Below are positions 63,894 through 64,000 of a stretch of DNA of 64,000 bases, piece by piece (positions within the stretch are counted from its first letter, which is position 1; each line of letters begins with the position of its first letter). The stretch comes from Rotaria socialis. Its lineage: Eukaryota. The translations under genes were made by a program, and so were the position numbers. The notes under the pieces were generated by a model. The model was not told the DNA's origin. It did not search any database and worked only from the letters and a program-made list of their open reading frames with translations. The stretch covers positions 248,001 through 312,000 of the forward strand of contig CAJNYD010000056.1 of the NCBI GenBank assembly GCA_905331295.1, in the 5' to 3' direction.

Positions 63894-64000
63894 ATGGTTG
63901 TTTAGTTAGCATTCTACAATTAATAATACTGATAACGAAAGAGAATTTCTTCTGAATGACTATGTAGTAGTCATATATATATATATATATTATCTGTTAT

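Noticed and set aside
1..64000. tRNA, rRNA, prokaryotic defence systems or intronless bacterial-type HGT genes
   Set aside because: None recognisable by eye; a tRNAscan/Infernal run would be needed to exclude small ncRNAs such as intronic snoRNAs.

Overview
AT-rich, gene-dense animal genomic DNA with many 45-70 nt GT-AG introns. Composition, intron size and gene set suggest a bdelloid rotifer (Rotaria/Adineta-like); this is inference. About 17 genes, almost all spliced, can be rebuilt by hand: two Ig-domain proteins, TMEM272-like, POLR2K, RPL36, a two-CDGSH (CISD3-like) protein, a Myb/SANT protein, a CatSper delta/epsilon-like type I membrane protein, a CUB-LDLa receptor, VPS11, ARHGAP20-like, MANEA (GH99), PHB2, TEDC1-like, PHF10, TMEM107, TMEM134/230-like and NHLRC2. 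Main points of interest: (1) co-oriented genes only 134-360 bp apart, where the downstream ATG sits right behind an apparently unpaired splice acceptor, as expected for operons resolved by SL trans-splicing; (2) a possibly decaying sperm-channel auxiliary subunit in a putatively asexual lineage; (3) a family of CAAGGGG-ended MITEs with 8-bp TSDs and unrelated interiors; (4) a CISD3-like protein with an extra Cys/His tail; (5) an NHLRC2 lacking its thioredoxin-motif cysteines. Exon boundaries are manual and approximate. Family assignments are by recalled motifs, not database searches.
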